A stretch of DNA of 64,000 bases, from NCBI GenBank assembly GCA_963765505.1, contig CAVXWO010000003.1, positions 1,453-65,452 of the forward strand, given 5' to 3'. The DNA is from an uncultured Actinomycetota bacterium (GTDB taxonomy: Bacteria > Actinomycetota > Acidimicrobiia > Acidimicrobiales > Bog-793). Position 1 is the stretch's first letter, and each line of letters starts with the position of its first letter. Shown here one piece after another: positions 18,728-28,319 of the stretch. The notes under the pieces were generated by a model. It saw only the letters and a list, made by a program, of their open reading frames with translations, did not search any database and was not told where the DNA came from. A program made the translations under genes and the position numbers.

Positions 18728-19246
18728 CTACTCGGCTGCCTCGCCGACCTGCGCACCCCGCCGTCGCCCGTACCGGTGCCGGAAGCCCTGCACTGACAGG
18801 ACTCGAAGGTCCTGTTGGATCCGGTCGCGCCACGTGTCCAGCTCCGATTGGACGGTGATGCCCCGGACACGCCAGAGCTCGGCACCGGATGATCTCTCGA
18901 CGATGCTGAGGTTCGTCGAGCGAGCGACGGGCTCGGCGCCACCGCCGAAGAGCGCCGACGCGAGGTTGACTGCCAGGCCCTTCGCCAGGGCGACGGTCGC
19001 CGCCTGCGCAGACTCACGCAGCTCGAAGACGGTCCCCGCCGGAGGGCCAGTGTCTCCGGGCTGCCAGAGGAAGTCCTGCTTTCGGGCCTCGAAGAGCGCA
19101 CGGGAAAGGTCTCGATCCTCGACGCGGTCGGCCAACTCGCCGAGCTCGGCGGCGGCAAGCGAGTCGGCGGCGAAGTGCCCCGATTCGACAGCGGCTCGGA
19201 TGGCGGCTTCTTGCGTGTCGAATTCGTTCCGCACGTAGGAAGCCAC
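18728..19246 (-). CDS. hypothetical protein
   Basis: 172-aa ORF with a GTG start and plausible composition. No recognisable motif. Confidence 0.45.
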   Translation of the reverse strand: MASYVRNEFDTQEAAIRAAVESGHFAADSLAAAELGELADRVEDRDLSRALFEARKQDFLWQPGDTGPPAGTVFELRESAQAATVALAKGLAVNLASALFGGGAEPVARSTNLSIVERSSGAELWRVRGITVQSELDTWRDRIQQDLRVLSVQGFRHRYGRRRGAQVGEAAE

Positions 19247-19478
19247 GCGTCATGAGCTCGCGGAACCGATCGATCTCCTCCCGTGCCAGATCGTCAGCGG
19301 TCACCGGCTCGCCTCCGGTGCCGCCGCGACCGTCGCCCTCACCGTGGACCTGGCGGAGTTGGCACGGGACGGGACGTTAGCTGTGCCCCGCCAGGCTGCT
19401 GGAAGGTTGATGGGCGGTCGCTCGACGGCGGTGTGGCGTTCCTCGCTCAGTCGCCGTGCCGGACGGCCGCGCTCCTGT

Positions 19479-20393
19479 TCATGTGCCCGCCGGCCGCTCG
19501 AACGCGGCGTTGATCTCGCCGCCGAGCAGGATCGCCATGCCGGTCAGATAGAGCCAGAAGATGAGGATCGCGACGCCGGCGAAGGCGCCATAGGTCTTGG
19601 AGTAGGAACCGGAGAACGAGGTGTAGAAGGAGAACGCCACCGAGATGGCCGCCCATAGCGCGGTGGCCACCACCGCGCCCGGGCTGACCCATTGCCAGCG
19701 GGCTTCGGGCCGGTTCGGCGCAAGGTAGTACAGCATCGAGAACAGCAGGCCGATCAGCGCGACGGCGACGACCCAGCGCACGACCGTCCAGCCCACGACG
19801 AAGGCGCCGCCCGCGACCGGTGCGGCGTGCTGCAGACCGCTGCCGATGGCCTGCCCGAAGACGACGAGTGCTGACGCCCCACCGCCGAGGACGACCGCGG
19901 CGAGGAGGAGCGGCAGCGCGCGGAGGCGCTTGTTGAGGAAGGGCCGGTCGACCCCGACGTCGTAGGCCATGTCGAGACCTTCCTGCACGATCACCATGCC
20001 GGAGGTCGCGCTCCAAAGCGCCACGAGTCCGGCGATGACGATCGTCGTCACCGCTCCGTGGGTGCGGCCCTCCGACTGCTTGATCGCTGTCGTGAACACG
20101 CCGGCCGCGCCTGCGGGCAGCGCCTTCGTCACGCCGTGGATCAGCTGTGCCGTCACGCTGCTCGGGATGTTGATGAGGGCCGACACGCCAAGCAGGGCGA
20201 CGATGATCGGAAAGAGCGACAGGAACCAGCGGTACGCGAAGCACCCGGCGGCGACCGAGATGCGGTCGCGCTTCATGTGGGCCCGCGCGGAGCCCAGCGC
20301 CACCTTCCACCCCGACGCGGTCAGTCCACGACGGTTCGGCACTCGCGTGCCGGCGGAGGCGCCCGCCAGCGGCTGCCCGCCCACCGTCGTCAT
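19479..20393 (-). CDS. YihY/BrkB-family membrane protein
   Basis: Contains AAGCFAYRWFLSLFPIIVAL, multiple TM segments and a C-terminal LLGGEINAAFE. ATG at 20393 is preceded by GGAGAGGG. Confidence 0.85.
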   Translation of the reverse strand: MTTVGGQPLAGASAGTRVPNRRGLTASGWKVALGSARAHMKRDRISVAAGCFAYRWFLSLFPIIVALLGVSALINIPSSVTAQLIHGVTKALPAGAAGVFTTAIKQSEGRTHGAVTTIVIAGLVALWSATSGMVIVQEGLDMAYDVGVDRPFLNKRLRALPLLLAAVVLGGGASALVVFGQAIGSGLQHAAPVAGGAFVVGWTVVRWVVAVALIGLLFSMLYYLAPNRPEARWQWVSPGAVVATALWAAISVAFSFYTSFSGSYSKTYGAFAGVAILIFWLYLTGMAILLGGEINAAFERPAGT

Positions 20394-20766
20394 CCGTTCG
20401 CCCTCTCCACGTCGCCTGACCCTCCCCAGATCACGGTGGATCACGTTGTTGTTCGGGCCCTAACTACCCTCCGGCGGTGAGGACCATGCGGGATGGCCGG
20501 AGGCGCGGTGCACCGGATTCGGGACTTGCCGGAATGCCAGAACCGACCGTGCGTCCCGGACGAACTGACGGTCGCGCGTCACCCCGATACGCCAGCCGCG
20601 CCCGACGGCGGCTCCCCGAGCCCCGTCCTGACCCGGCACCGGCGAAAGACGATCTGCGTCCAGCAGCGCGGGACGACGTCGGGAGGAGCGAACGACATCA
20701 GGAAGCCGCTCGCCATCGCGCTCGACGCTCTCGCGCTCCGACGAGACGCCGAACGAAGCGAGGATC

Positions 20767-21024
20767 TCAGTAGATGCGGTCCTCGGTCGTCGAGGTCGTC
20801 ACGCCGCCGGGTCCGTCGACCACCGTCCTGCGACGGCGCGTCGAACCGCCACGGAAGCCGCCCCAAGAGCTCCAGAAGGCGAGCGAGAGAAGGAAGCCCA
20901 CCGCCCCGACGATCATCAAGATCACGCCGACCGTATGGACGTTGAAGCCACGAGTGGCGACCGTGACTGCAAACCTCAAGATGGCACCGACCGCAAAGAT
21001 GACGAGACTCGTTCCGATTCCCAC
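20767..21024 (-). CDS. small two-TM membrane protein (DUF6458-like)
   Basis: (V)GIGTSLVIFAVGAILRFAV...VGVILMIVGAVGFLLS. The GTG at 21024 gives the family-typical MGIG start. The track ORF extends to 21087. Confidence 0.6.
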   Translation of the reverse strand: MGIGTSLVIFAVGAILRFAVTVATRGFNVHTVGVILMIVGAVGFLLSLAFWSSWGGFRGGSTRRRRTVVDGPGGVTTSTTEDRIY

Positions 21025-21163
21025 GATCAGGGCTCCTCTCCGGGATGTTGCACGGCGCTTGCCCCAGAGCCGGAGGCCGGTGAACACCGTCCTGTGCGAC
21101 AGGACCGGTGCGCGGCGGCTCCGTCGTCACCGTGCAGCAGCTTCGCCGAGGGACACCCGCCGC

Positions 21164-22027
21164 TCAGGTGAGCGTCACCAGGCTCGTCACATCGTCGCGA
21201 GGCAGCTCGCCGTGGACGAACGCCGAGACCTCGACCTCGAGCAGCTGGGCGTTGCCGCCGTAGGTCGAGAGGAACGCGGTGTCTGCCCGCGTCGTGCCCG
21301 GCACAGATGCGCAGGAGGCTGGATCGTGGCGCGAGCAAGGTGGCGTCGACGACAGACCAGCCACCGTCGATCGCGGCCTCGGCGACTGCGTGGAAGTCCA
21401 TGGGGGTGAGCCCCGGCGCGTACACCGCGGAGAGCCGAGCCGGCACGTTGAGCCGCGCGCAGCGAGCGCGATCACCAGGTGTGCATAGTCCCGGCAGACG
21501 CCTTGGCGTTGGAGCAATGTCTCGACCGCCCCGTCGGTGTGCCGGCTGCTGCCGGGCACGTACGACACGTGCGTCCCCACCCACGACGAGACGGCGGACA
21601 GCAGGTCCTGCTCGGCGTCGATGCCGGCGAACTCCGCCTGTGCCGTCGCGGCCAGGCGGTCGGCCTCGGCGTACCGGCTGGGACGCAGGTAGCAGATGGC
21701 GTCGGCGGCGCTGACCGCGGTCGGAGCGGATCGGCCGTAGACGGTGGCGTCGTAGCTGACCTCGATGCGCCCCCGGCCGGCAAAGAAGCGATGGACCCTG
21801 GCCATCTCCGGGAGCCTCACCTCGGTGATCTCGAGCGGGACGCCGTTTCGGGCGACGGTGAGCGATTCGGTGACGACCGCGGGGTCCGCCGGCGCCACCT
21901 GCAGCATCACGTCCGTCGGCTCGATCACGTCGAGGAGCAGTCGGGTGCCGACCGTCCGGACGATCTCCGCCATGGCCCAGCCATCCGAGCGGGCTCCCGG
22001 TCCTTCGAGATGCTCGCTCTGTGCCAT
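21164..22027 (-). pseudogene. transglutaminase-like protein (Bact_transglu_N + core) with two frame breaks
   Basis: QGVCRDYAHLVIAL is in the track frame. The following core (LNVPARLSAVYAPGLTPMDFHAVAEAAIDGGWSVVDAT) is readable only in another frame. The original frame resumes at ADTAFLSTYGG. The breaks lie near 21455-21461, in a (GC)n run, and near 21286. Confidence 0.75.
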
Positions 22028-22053
22028 GTCCGAGCCTACCCACGACCATGCCG

Positions 22054-23286
22054 GGCGGGCTCAACCAGTCAACGCAAGTAGCTCGGTGAGCTTCTCTGAT
22101 GGTTTCATGAATCCGAGCGTCTCGCGTGGTCGGTTGTTGAGACTCCGGGCGAAGCGGTCGAGGTCCTCCTTGCTGTGCACGCTGAGGTCGGTCCCCTTGG
22201 GCATGTACTGGCGCAACAGCCCATTGGTGTTCTCGTTCGACCCGCGCTGCCAGGGGCTGTGTGGATCGCAGAAGTAGACGGCGACGCCGGTGTCGACGCT
22301 GAACCGGTGGTGACTCGACAGCTCCTTGCCCTGGTCCCAGGTGATCGAACGCATCAGCTCCGCAGGCAGGCCGGCGATCGCGGAACTCATCGCCTCATTG
22401 ACGTTCACGGCCGCGCGGCCTTCGGGAAGGTGCAGGAGGAGCACATAACGGGTGCTCCGTTCGACGAGGGTCCCGACGGCGGAACGGCCGCTCCTTCCGA
22501 TGATGAGGTCACCCTCCCAGTGACCGGGCACCGCTCGGTCCTCTGCTTCGGCGGGACGCTCGGAGATCATGACCATGCCGGGGATCTGGCCTCGTTGCTC
22601 GATCCGGCTCCGTGGACGGCGCTCGGCGCGTCCGGAGCGCAGGCAGCGAGATAGCTCTCGGCGGAGCTCCCCGCGACCCTGCACGAAGAGGGACTGATAG
22701 ATCGTCTCATGACTCACCCACATCATCGGATCGTCCGGGAACTCGAGGCGCAAGCGGCAGGAGATCTCCTCTGGCGACCACCACTCCTCGAGCCACTCGG
22801 TGACCTTCTCCGCCAGGCGACCGTGCAGGAGCTTCGGGACCTTCGGACGCCGTGCTCGCCGCCCAGCGTCACGATGTGCCTTGACAGCCCGATAGCCCTC
22901 TCGGCCGGAGTTGGCCGCCACCTCACGGGACACTGTCGACACCGCCCGGCCGATCAGGCGGGCGATGCTCGTGAAGCTCTCGCCGCGTTCGAGCCCGCTG
23001 CGGATCTCCTCACGCTCGCTCATCGACAAACGAGCCGGCGATGGGTCCCACTCCTTCGGGGGTGCCGGCACTCGTCTCGCCTCCCTGACCACGACGTTGT
23101 CGACCGCATGACGCGAGCGCCCGATCAACCGGACGATCTCGGTCTTCGAGTGACCCTTCGCGAGGAGGTGCACCACCTCCTGCTCCAACTCGAGCGATAG
23201 CCGCTTCGGCATCTGCATCCTCCTCGGTGGGCGACGAAGAGCTTCGTCTGCTCACCCAGGAATTCCGCGGATCACTTGAGCCCGCC
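22054..23286 (-). mobile_element. IS30-family insertion sequence, copy 2 (1233 bp, intact)
   Basis: Same 11-bp termini as copy 1 (GGCGGGCTCAA 22054-22064 and TTGAGCCCGCC 23276-23286). It is flanked by a 3-bp direct repeat CCG (22051-22053 and 23287-23289). Confidence 0.9.
22061..23218 (-). CDS. IS30-family transposase (intact)
   Basis: 385 aa with two N-terminal HTHs plus HWEGDLIIG, TWDQGKE and NENTNGLLRQY. It is a clear but diverged homolog of the copy at 2026-3175 (similarity judged by eye). Confidence 0.95.
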   Translation of the reverse strand: MQMPKRLSLELEQEVVHLLAKGHSKTEIVRLIGRSRHAVDNVVVREARRVPAPPKEWDPSPARLSMSEREEIRSGLERGESFTSIARLIGRAVSTVSREVAANSGREGYRAVKAHRDAGRRARRPKVPKLLHGRLAEKVTEWLEEWWSPEEISCRLRLEFPDDPMMWVSHETIYQSLFVQGRGELRRELSRCLRSGRAERRPRSRIEQRGQIPGMVMISERPAEAEDRAVPGHWEGDLIIGRSGRSAVGTLVERSTRYVLLLHLPEGRAAVNVNEAMSSAIAGLPAELMRSITWDQGKELSSHHRFSVDTGVAVYFCDPHSPWQRGSNENTNGLLRQYMPKGTDLSVHSKEDLDRFARSLNNRPRETLGFMKPSEKLTELLALTG

Positions 23287-23339
23287 CCGCCCGACGCCGG
23301 GGCAGCTCTGGCCGGGGACGAGCGAGCGGCGGCGAGTAG

Positions 23340-23928
23340 ATGGGCCCTCCGGCGGGCAGGGAGGGCCCATCCGCGCGAGCGGGCGGACCCTCGAGCGGCT
23401 CGAGCGAGCGGCGTCGGTTGACAGGATCTCCGGCGCCGTCGATGGGCTGCACCGGCTCCTCGACCGGGCGGCCCGAAGGACGCGCTGTCGGGAAGGTGGC
23501 TCGGCCATCCCGTCCATCCGGCGCTCGCCGCCCTGCCGATCGGCTCGCTCGCAACGCTCCCGCTGCTCGACCTGTTGGGCGGACCGGGCGGGGCCGGACC
23601 CGCCGGCGCCTGCTCGGCTTCGGCCTCCTGGCGGCCCTGCCGACGGCTGCGGCGGGCGTCGCCGACTGGTCGGACACGACCGGTGCGAGCAGCGCATCGG
23701 CGCGGTCCACGCCTCGGTCATCAGCGCCGCGCTCCTCGCCTACGGCGGCTCCTTCGTCGCGCGCTGTCGAGACCCCTCCGCCGGAACGGGGCTCGCACTC
23801 GCCGGCGCAGCGCTGCTCGCCCTCGGCGGGTCGCTCGGCGGCCACCTCACCTACGCCCTCGGCGTGGGCGTCGACACGACGGCGTTCCGCAGCGGACCGA
23901 CTCAGTCCGACGTCCGCGCGTCGCCGTC
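23340..23928 (+). pseudogene. DUF2231-like membrane protein, spread over three frames
   Basis: Four segments are each readable in a different frame: LERLERAASVDRISGAVDGLHRLL, WLGHPVHPALAALPIGSLATLPLLD, RRLLGFGLLAALPTAAAGVADWSD and AVHASVISAALLAYGG...GGHLTYALGVGV. The breaks lie near 23465, 23590-23593 (G4) and 23680. The start is unresolved. Confidence 0.5.
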
Positions 23929-23943
23929 GGGGGGGGGGGGGGG
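23929..23943. repeat. homopolymeric G15 tract
   Basis: Fifteen consecutive G residues read directly from the sequence. They sit at the 3' end of the DUF2231-like region. Confidence 0.95.
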
Positions 23944-24024
23944 CGGGCGCGGCGGCGCGGCAGTCCCGGTGCGGCGGGCGTTGTCGCCGCGCCGCCGGCA
24001 CGATGCGACGGTTCTAGGTCGCCG

Positions 24025-24772
24025 CTATTTCTGCGGTCCCGCCTTCCAGGCCCCTGGACCGCGCTCCGCCCCCGTCGCGGCGACGGCGACGATCGCGAGG
24101 AGCACGACCGGGATCGCGAGCACGGCGGCGATGCGGCCGTGCAGGACGAGCTCGGCGCCGGCCGCCGCGCCGACGAGCATCGTCGACACTGCCAGGAATC
24201 GCCGTGCGAGCGCCGGACCACGGTTGCGCGAGCGCAGGTCGGCCGCGATGCCGGTCAGGGTCATCGTGAGGACCGTCGTCGTGAGGTCGGGGACCGCGAG
24301 CCGGCGCGCCACGGCGTTCTGGATCCCCATCGCCGGCGAGCAGCGCGGCGACGAGGTCCTGGTCGGTGCGGTCCAGGTGGTTGCCGGCGACGGCAACCGC
24401 GGCAAGGGCACCCGCGGCGAGCACGACCTCGAGCGCGGCTCCGGCGCGCAGCAGCAGCGCCCGGTCGCCGCACCGGCCGATGAGCACCCCGGCGATCCCG
24501 GCGCCGAGGAGGAATCCCGCCAGCGCGAACAGCGAGGCGCTCAAGGAGAAGCCCGGGGCGCCCGCGGCGGCGAAGACCACGAACACGACGTTCCCGGTCA
24601 TGTTGGCCACGAACACACGGCCGAGAGCGAGGATGCTGACCGCGTCCACGGTGCCGGCGACGATCGTCAGGAGCAGCAGCATCCAGGGGAGCGGGCCGTG
24701 GTCGCGGGTGCTCCACATCGGCGACAGCGCCGGCGCGCCGGTCCCCGCGGCACCCCCCGGCGCATCACCCAT
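24025..24772 (-). pseudogene. YoaK/DUF1275-family membrane protein with one frame break
   Basis: The N-part is LLLLTIVAGTVDAVSILALGRVFVANMTGN. The C-part (MGIQNAVARRLAVPDLTTTVLTMTLTG) is in another frame. The break is at a C4 run (24325-24328). ATG at 24772 is preceded by GGAGGA. Confidence 0.75.
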
Positions 24773-25021
24773 GGGTCCTCCAGTCCGTACGGTGCCGCTC
24801 GACCACCACGGTGGACGTCGAGCGGCCAGCTGCAAGCCTCGTCGGTACGTCCGCGACGGCCCGCCCGCCCCGCTCCTCCCGGGCCGTCGAGGCGCCGCCC
24901 TTGGGGAGGCAGCGGTGCTACTTCCCGGTCACTGCCCGAGGACCCGGCCGATCGCGACCAGCCACGTAGTCTCGGGCCCACGGCGCACGCCCGCCGCGCC
25001 GGCGCGTGACGGGAGGAGCCC

Positions 25022-25639
25022 ATGGCCAGGACGAGCGCAGGGGTGCTGCTGTACCGGATCGCGCCCGGCGACATCGTCGAGGTCCTCATCGTGCATCCGG
25101 GCGGCCCGTTCTGGGCCAAGAAGGATCTGGGCGTGTGGTCCGTCCCGAAGGGGGAGTACGAGGAGGGGGAGGACCCGGCCGTCGCCGCCGATCGCGAGTT
25201 CGCCGAGGAGCTCGGCAGCCCACCGCCGGCCGGACCCCGCCTCGACCTCGGCGAGCTGACGCAGCGGGGCGGCAAGCACGTGCACGTCTCGCGGTCGAGG
25301 GCGACCTCGACGTCACGACCGCCGAGAGCAACACGTTCGAGATGGAGTGGCCTCCGGGCTCGAAGCGCGTCGTCTGCCTTCCCCGAGATCGACCGGGCAG
25401 CCTGGGTGACGGTGGCCGGCGCCCGCCGGTGGATGCTCCAGAGTCAGGCCGCGTTCCTTGACCGCCTGCTGGCGTCCCTCGAGCGTTCGGGCCGCGCGGG
25501 CTGGTCGAGGGCGAGGGGGCGGCCGGACCAGCTGGGTGACCGCGGTCACGGCCGATCCTCGGCCAGGCCGGTCCCGATCGCCTGCTCGGCGACGAGGGGC
25601 ACGGGTGACCCGCCGCACGGTCGGGCGGTGCCGTCCTGA
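25022..25639 (+). pseudogene. NUDIX hydrolase (COG4119-like) with two compensating frame breaks
   Basis: Contains AGVLLYR, HPGGPFWAKKDLGVWSVPKGE and REFAEELG. The middle segment LAVEGDLDVTTAESNTFEMEWPPGSKRVV is readable only in a second frame (about 25290-25375). The first frame then resumes with FPEIDRAAW. The 3' end is uncertain. Confidence 0.7.
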
Positions 25640-26067
25640 ACAGGAGCCTGTCGCAGAGCACGAACTGGAATAGCCAGAGGATCCCGGAGGAGCCGAAGTT
25701 GGCGACCTCGACGGCGGCGGTGTGCACGAGCCGACCCGAGCCGAGGGTCGCCGCACCGGCCAGCCGTACGGCGATCGTCGAGACGACTAGGCCGGCGAGG
25801 GAGAGCGCGCGAGTACGGGACGGCCTGGCGCATGAGCGCGCCCGGCCCGCGGCGTCCCCACACCCAGCGCCGGTTGAGCTCGAAGGAGGGGACGGTCCCG
25901 ACGGCCGTGGCGATGACGTTCGACAACGTCGGGGAGTAGCCGAGCGCGCCGACGAGGATCCCGAGGAGGCTGAGGCTCGTCGCCGTGGAGACCGCCGACA
26001 CGGAGGCGTACTTGACGAAGCGACGGAGGCGCACCCGGCGCCCGGCCGGGAGGTCGAGGTGGAGCAT
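25546..26067 (-). pseudogene. GtrA-family membrane protein with a frame break
   Basis: Contains FVKYASVSAVSTATSLSLLGILV and SNVIATAVGTVPSFELNRRWVW. The C-terminal half (SLAGLVVSTIAV...GILWLFQFVLCDRLLF) is in another frame, with the break near 25800. The true stop is unclear. Confidence 0.65.
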
Positions 26068-26333
26068 GACCTGGTCGTCGCCCGCCCGCCTGAGCGCCGA
26101 CCTGAACGGCGGCGAGCCCCGGCTGATAGGCGTGCCCGGCCGACGCCCGGCCGAGCGCATAATCACCGGCGTGGCGCGACTGTCCGCGGATCAGCTGAGG
26201 GCGTTGCGCCGGCGCTTCCCGGCCGTCGCGGCCAGTCACTTGTCGCCGTCGGGCTGGACGCTCGTGGCCGCGACGGAGCGCGCGGTCGGGTCCGCTGTTC
26301 GCGCGCTTCGAGCGGCCGCTGCGAGACGAGCTG

Positions 26334-27617
26334 GTGGCGACCGTGCAGTTCGAGGAGCGCGGCGTCGCCCTCGCGGCCGGCGGTGCCGCAGGCGCAGTTG
26401 TCCACCAGCTCACCTCCGATGGCCGGATCGCGAAGGGCCCGCTCCCGGTCCGCGTCGGGGTCGTCGCCGGCGTCTGGTACCCGGCGCTCGCGAAGGTGCT
26501 GGAGCTCACGGCCTCGGGGCAGGCAGCCGGCCTGCTGCGGGAGCTCGGCGAGCTGATCGAGCCGCCCCGGGACGCCACCGGGCTGCTCGGGCGTGCCGAG
26601 GACCTGGATCGCGTCGCGGCGAGCTTGGCCGAGCTGATCGAAAGGTGGGCGGTCCCGTTCATCGAGGCGCATGGCACCGTGGACGCCCTCGTCGTGTCCT
26701 TCCGTTCCGGTGACGAGGCCGAGAGGGCCGAGCTCGTGTCGGCGACGCTGGCCGCCGCCGGCCGGTTCGACGAGGCGCGCGAGGCCCTCGGTGGCTGTGT
26801 CGCCAGCGGGGAGGCGTCCGCGGGGGACCGGGAGCGCCGCCGGTTCGTCCGCCAGCTCACTCGGCTGGCCGATTCCGGCGGTGACTTGACCGAGGCGCCG
26901 CCGGACCCGATGGCGGGCCGCTCGATGGCCGAGCCTCGCGGGTTCGCCGAGATCAGGCTCGAGACGCGCCGGCGCCACGAGGCGATCGAGGCGGTGCGCC
27001 GCGCCGGTCACTTCGACCGGGCCGAGCGACGGCGCCTGCTCGAGGCGGAGGTGGCGGAGCGTGGACTGTTCGAGTCGCCGCTCTGGTTCGAGCGGACGCT
27101 CGACGCGCTGGAGGCCACGGGGGGACCGGGCGGTCGGGTCCGTGGCTACCTCCAGGCGTCCAAGGGCGCGGCGGACTCCTTGAGGCGCCTCCGCAAGGGG
27201 CTCAGCGCCGAGCCCGACCCTCCGACACCCGCATGGCTCGAGCCTCCCGATCGTGCAGGGTTCCCGGTTCTCGTGCGCTCCGGCGCGTGGGTCGCCGTCC
27301 GGCTCGACGCCGCCGCGGCTCCGCTGTTGTCGCGGGCCCACGCCGCCGGGTCCCGGCGTGCCGGCGGCACGGTGATGGTCGATGCGTGGCTGGACTGGGC
27401 GCGCGATCCGGCGAGCGACGGCGCGCGCCTGGTCGTCCACCTCGGCGCCGAGCGTGTCGGCGTGCTCGACGGCGAGGACGCGGCCCGGCTCGCAGCCGTG
27501 ATGGAGGCCGCGGCCGGCCGTGACGAGCTGCCACGGCTGAGCAGCCGGCTCACCTCGCTCGCGGGCCGTGACTCCTACCTCCTCGAGCTCCCCGTCCCTC
27601 GGCTCGGCACGACGTGA
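26334..27617 (+). CDS. hypothetical protein (no recognisable family)
   Basis: 427-aa ORF with GC3 bias on this strand. A possible upstream extension from GTG 26171 lies in another frame, joining at a GGG run near 26288. Confidence 0.55.
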   Translation: MATVQFEERGVALAAGGAAGAVVHQLTSDGRIAKGPLPVRVGVVAGVWYPALAKVLELTASGQAAGLLRELGELIEPPRDATGLLGRAEDLDRVAASLAELIERWAVPFIEAHGTVDALVVSFRSGDEAERAELVSATLAAAGRFDEAREALGGCVASGEASAGDRERRRFVRQLTRLADSGGDLTEAPPDPMAGRSMAEPRGFAEIRLETRRRHEAIEAVRRAGHFDRAERRRLLEAEVAERGLFESPLWFERTLDALEATGGPGGRVRGYLQASKGAADSLRRLRKGLSAEPDPPTPAWLEPPDRAGFPVLVRSGAWVAVRLDAAAAPLLSRAHAAGSRRAGGTVMVDAWLDWARDPASDGARLVVHLGAERVGVLDGEDAARLAAVMEAAAGRDELPRLSSRLTSLAGRDSYLLELPVPRLGTT

Positions 27618-27661
27618 CGGCCGGTGTCCGGTGCCGGCACCGCCGGTGCGCCCGCCGGGTA

Positions 27662-28319
27662 TCAGCCCGTCGCCCCACCGACCTCCGCCCAGCTGCGGAG
27701 GGTGGAGCCGACCGCCCGCGTGGTGCGGTCGACGTCGCCCGTGGCGAGCAGGTCGAGCAACGCGCCGCGGAGCAGGGCGAGGACGGCCGTGCAGTCGGCG
27801 ATCTCGTGGGCAGCCGGCCGGCGCCGGGACGGATGGCACGACGCCAGGAGGTCGAGCCAGACGTGCACCGTCTCGGCGGCGAAGCCGCCCCATGGGCCGG
27901 TCGGGTCGATCAGGGATCGGGCGTATGCCTCGACCCACAGCTTGAGCAGATCGCGCTGCTCCGGAGCCGACAGCCACGACCACACCCGCGCCGCGGTCAG
28001 CGAGGAGGTCGCCGGCGGCGGGATCGCGGCGGATGGCCTCCACCGCGGCCAGCTCCTCTGCCCGCGCCCGCTCGAGGAGGGCCCGGACGAGGCCGTCCTT
28101 CGAGCCGAAGATGAACAGCAGGACCCTCGGACTGGAGTTGACCGCCTTCGCCAGCGGACGGAGGGACATGTCGGCCAGACCGTGGGCGAGGACGTGGCGC
28201 CAGGCCAGCTCGAGCAGCTCCTCTCGCCTCGGCGATCCCGGGCGGGCGGCGCCGGGATCGTCACACGGTCGCCGCTCCGGCGCTGCTGGTGTCGCCGGCT
28301 CGGCGGGGCGCGCCGTCAC
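27662..28319 (-). pseudogene. TetR-family regulator with one frame break
   Basis: The N-terminal HTH (LLELAWRHVLAHGLADMSLRPLAKAVNSSPRVLLFIFGSKDGL) is in the frame of the 917-aa track ORF. The C-terminal ligand domain is ORF 27662-28264. The break is near 28005. The GTG start overlaps the GNAT stop (GTGA at 28316-28319). Confidence 0.75.

Noticed and set aside
17121-19238. 705-aa plus-strand ORF
   Set aside because: It is the antisense shadow of the EAL-GAF-GAF gene and of the hypothetical gene at 18728-19246. It has no motifs and is Arg/Pro-rich.
23276-25009. 577-aa plus-strand ORF spanning the DUF2231-like and YoaK regions
   Set aside because: Only short stretches (about 23400-23465 and 23690-23900) correspond to DUF2231-like sequence. 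Beyond the G15 tract it is antisense to the YoaK-like gene.
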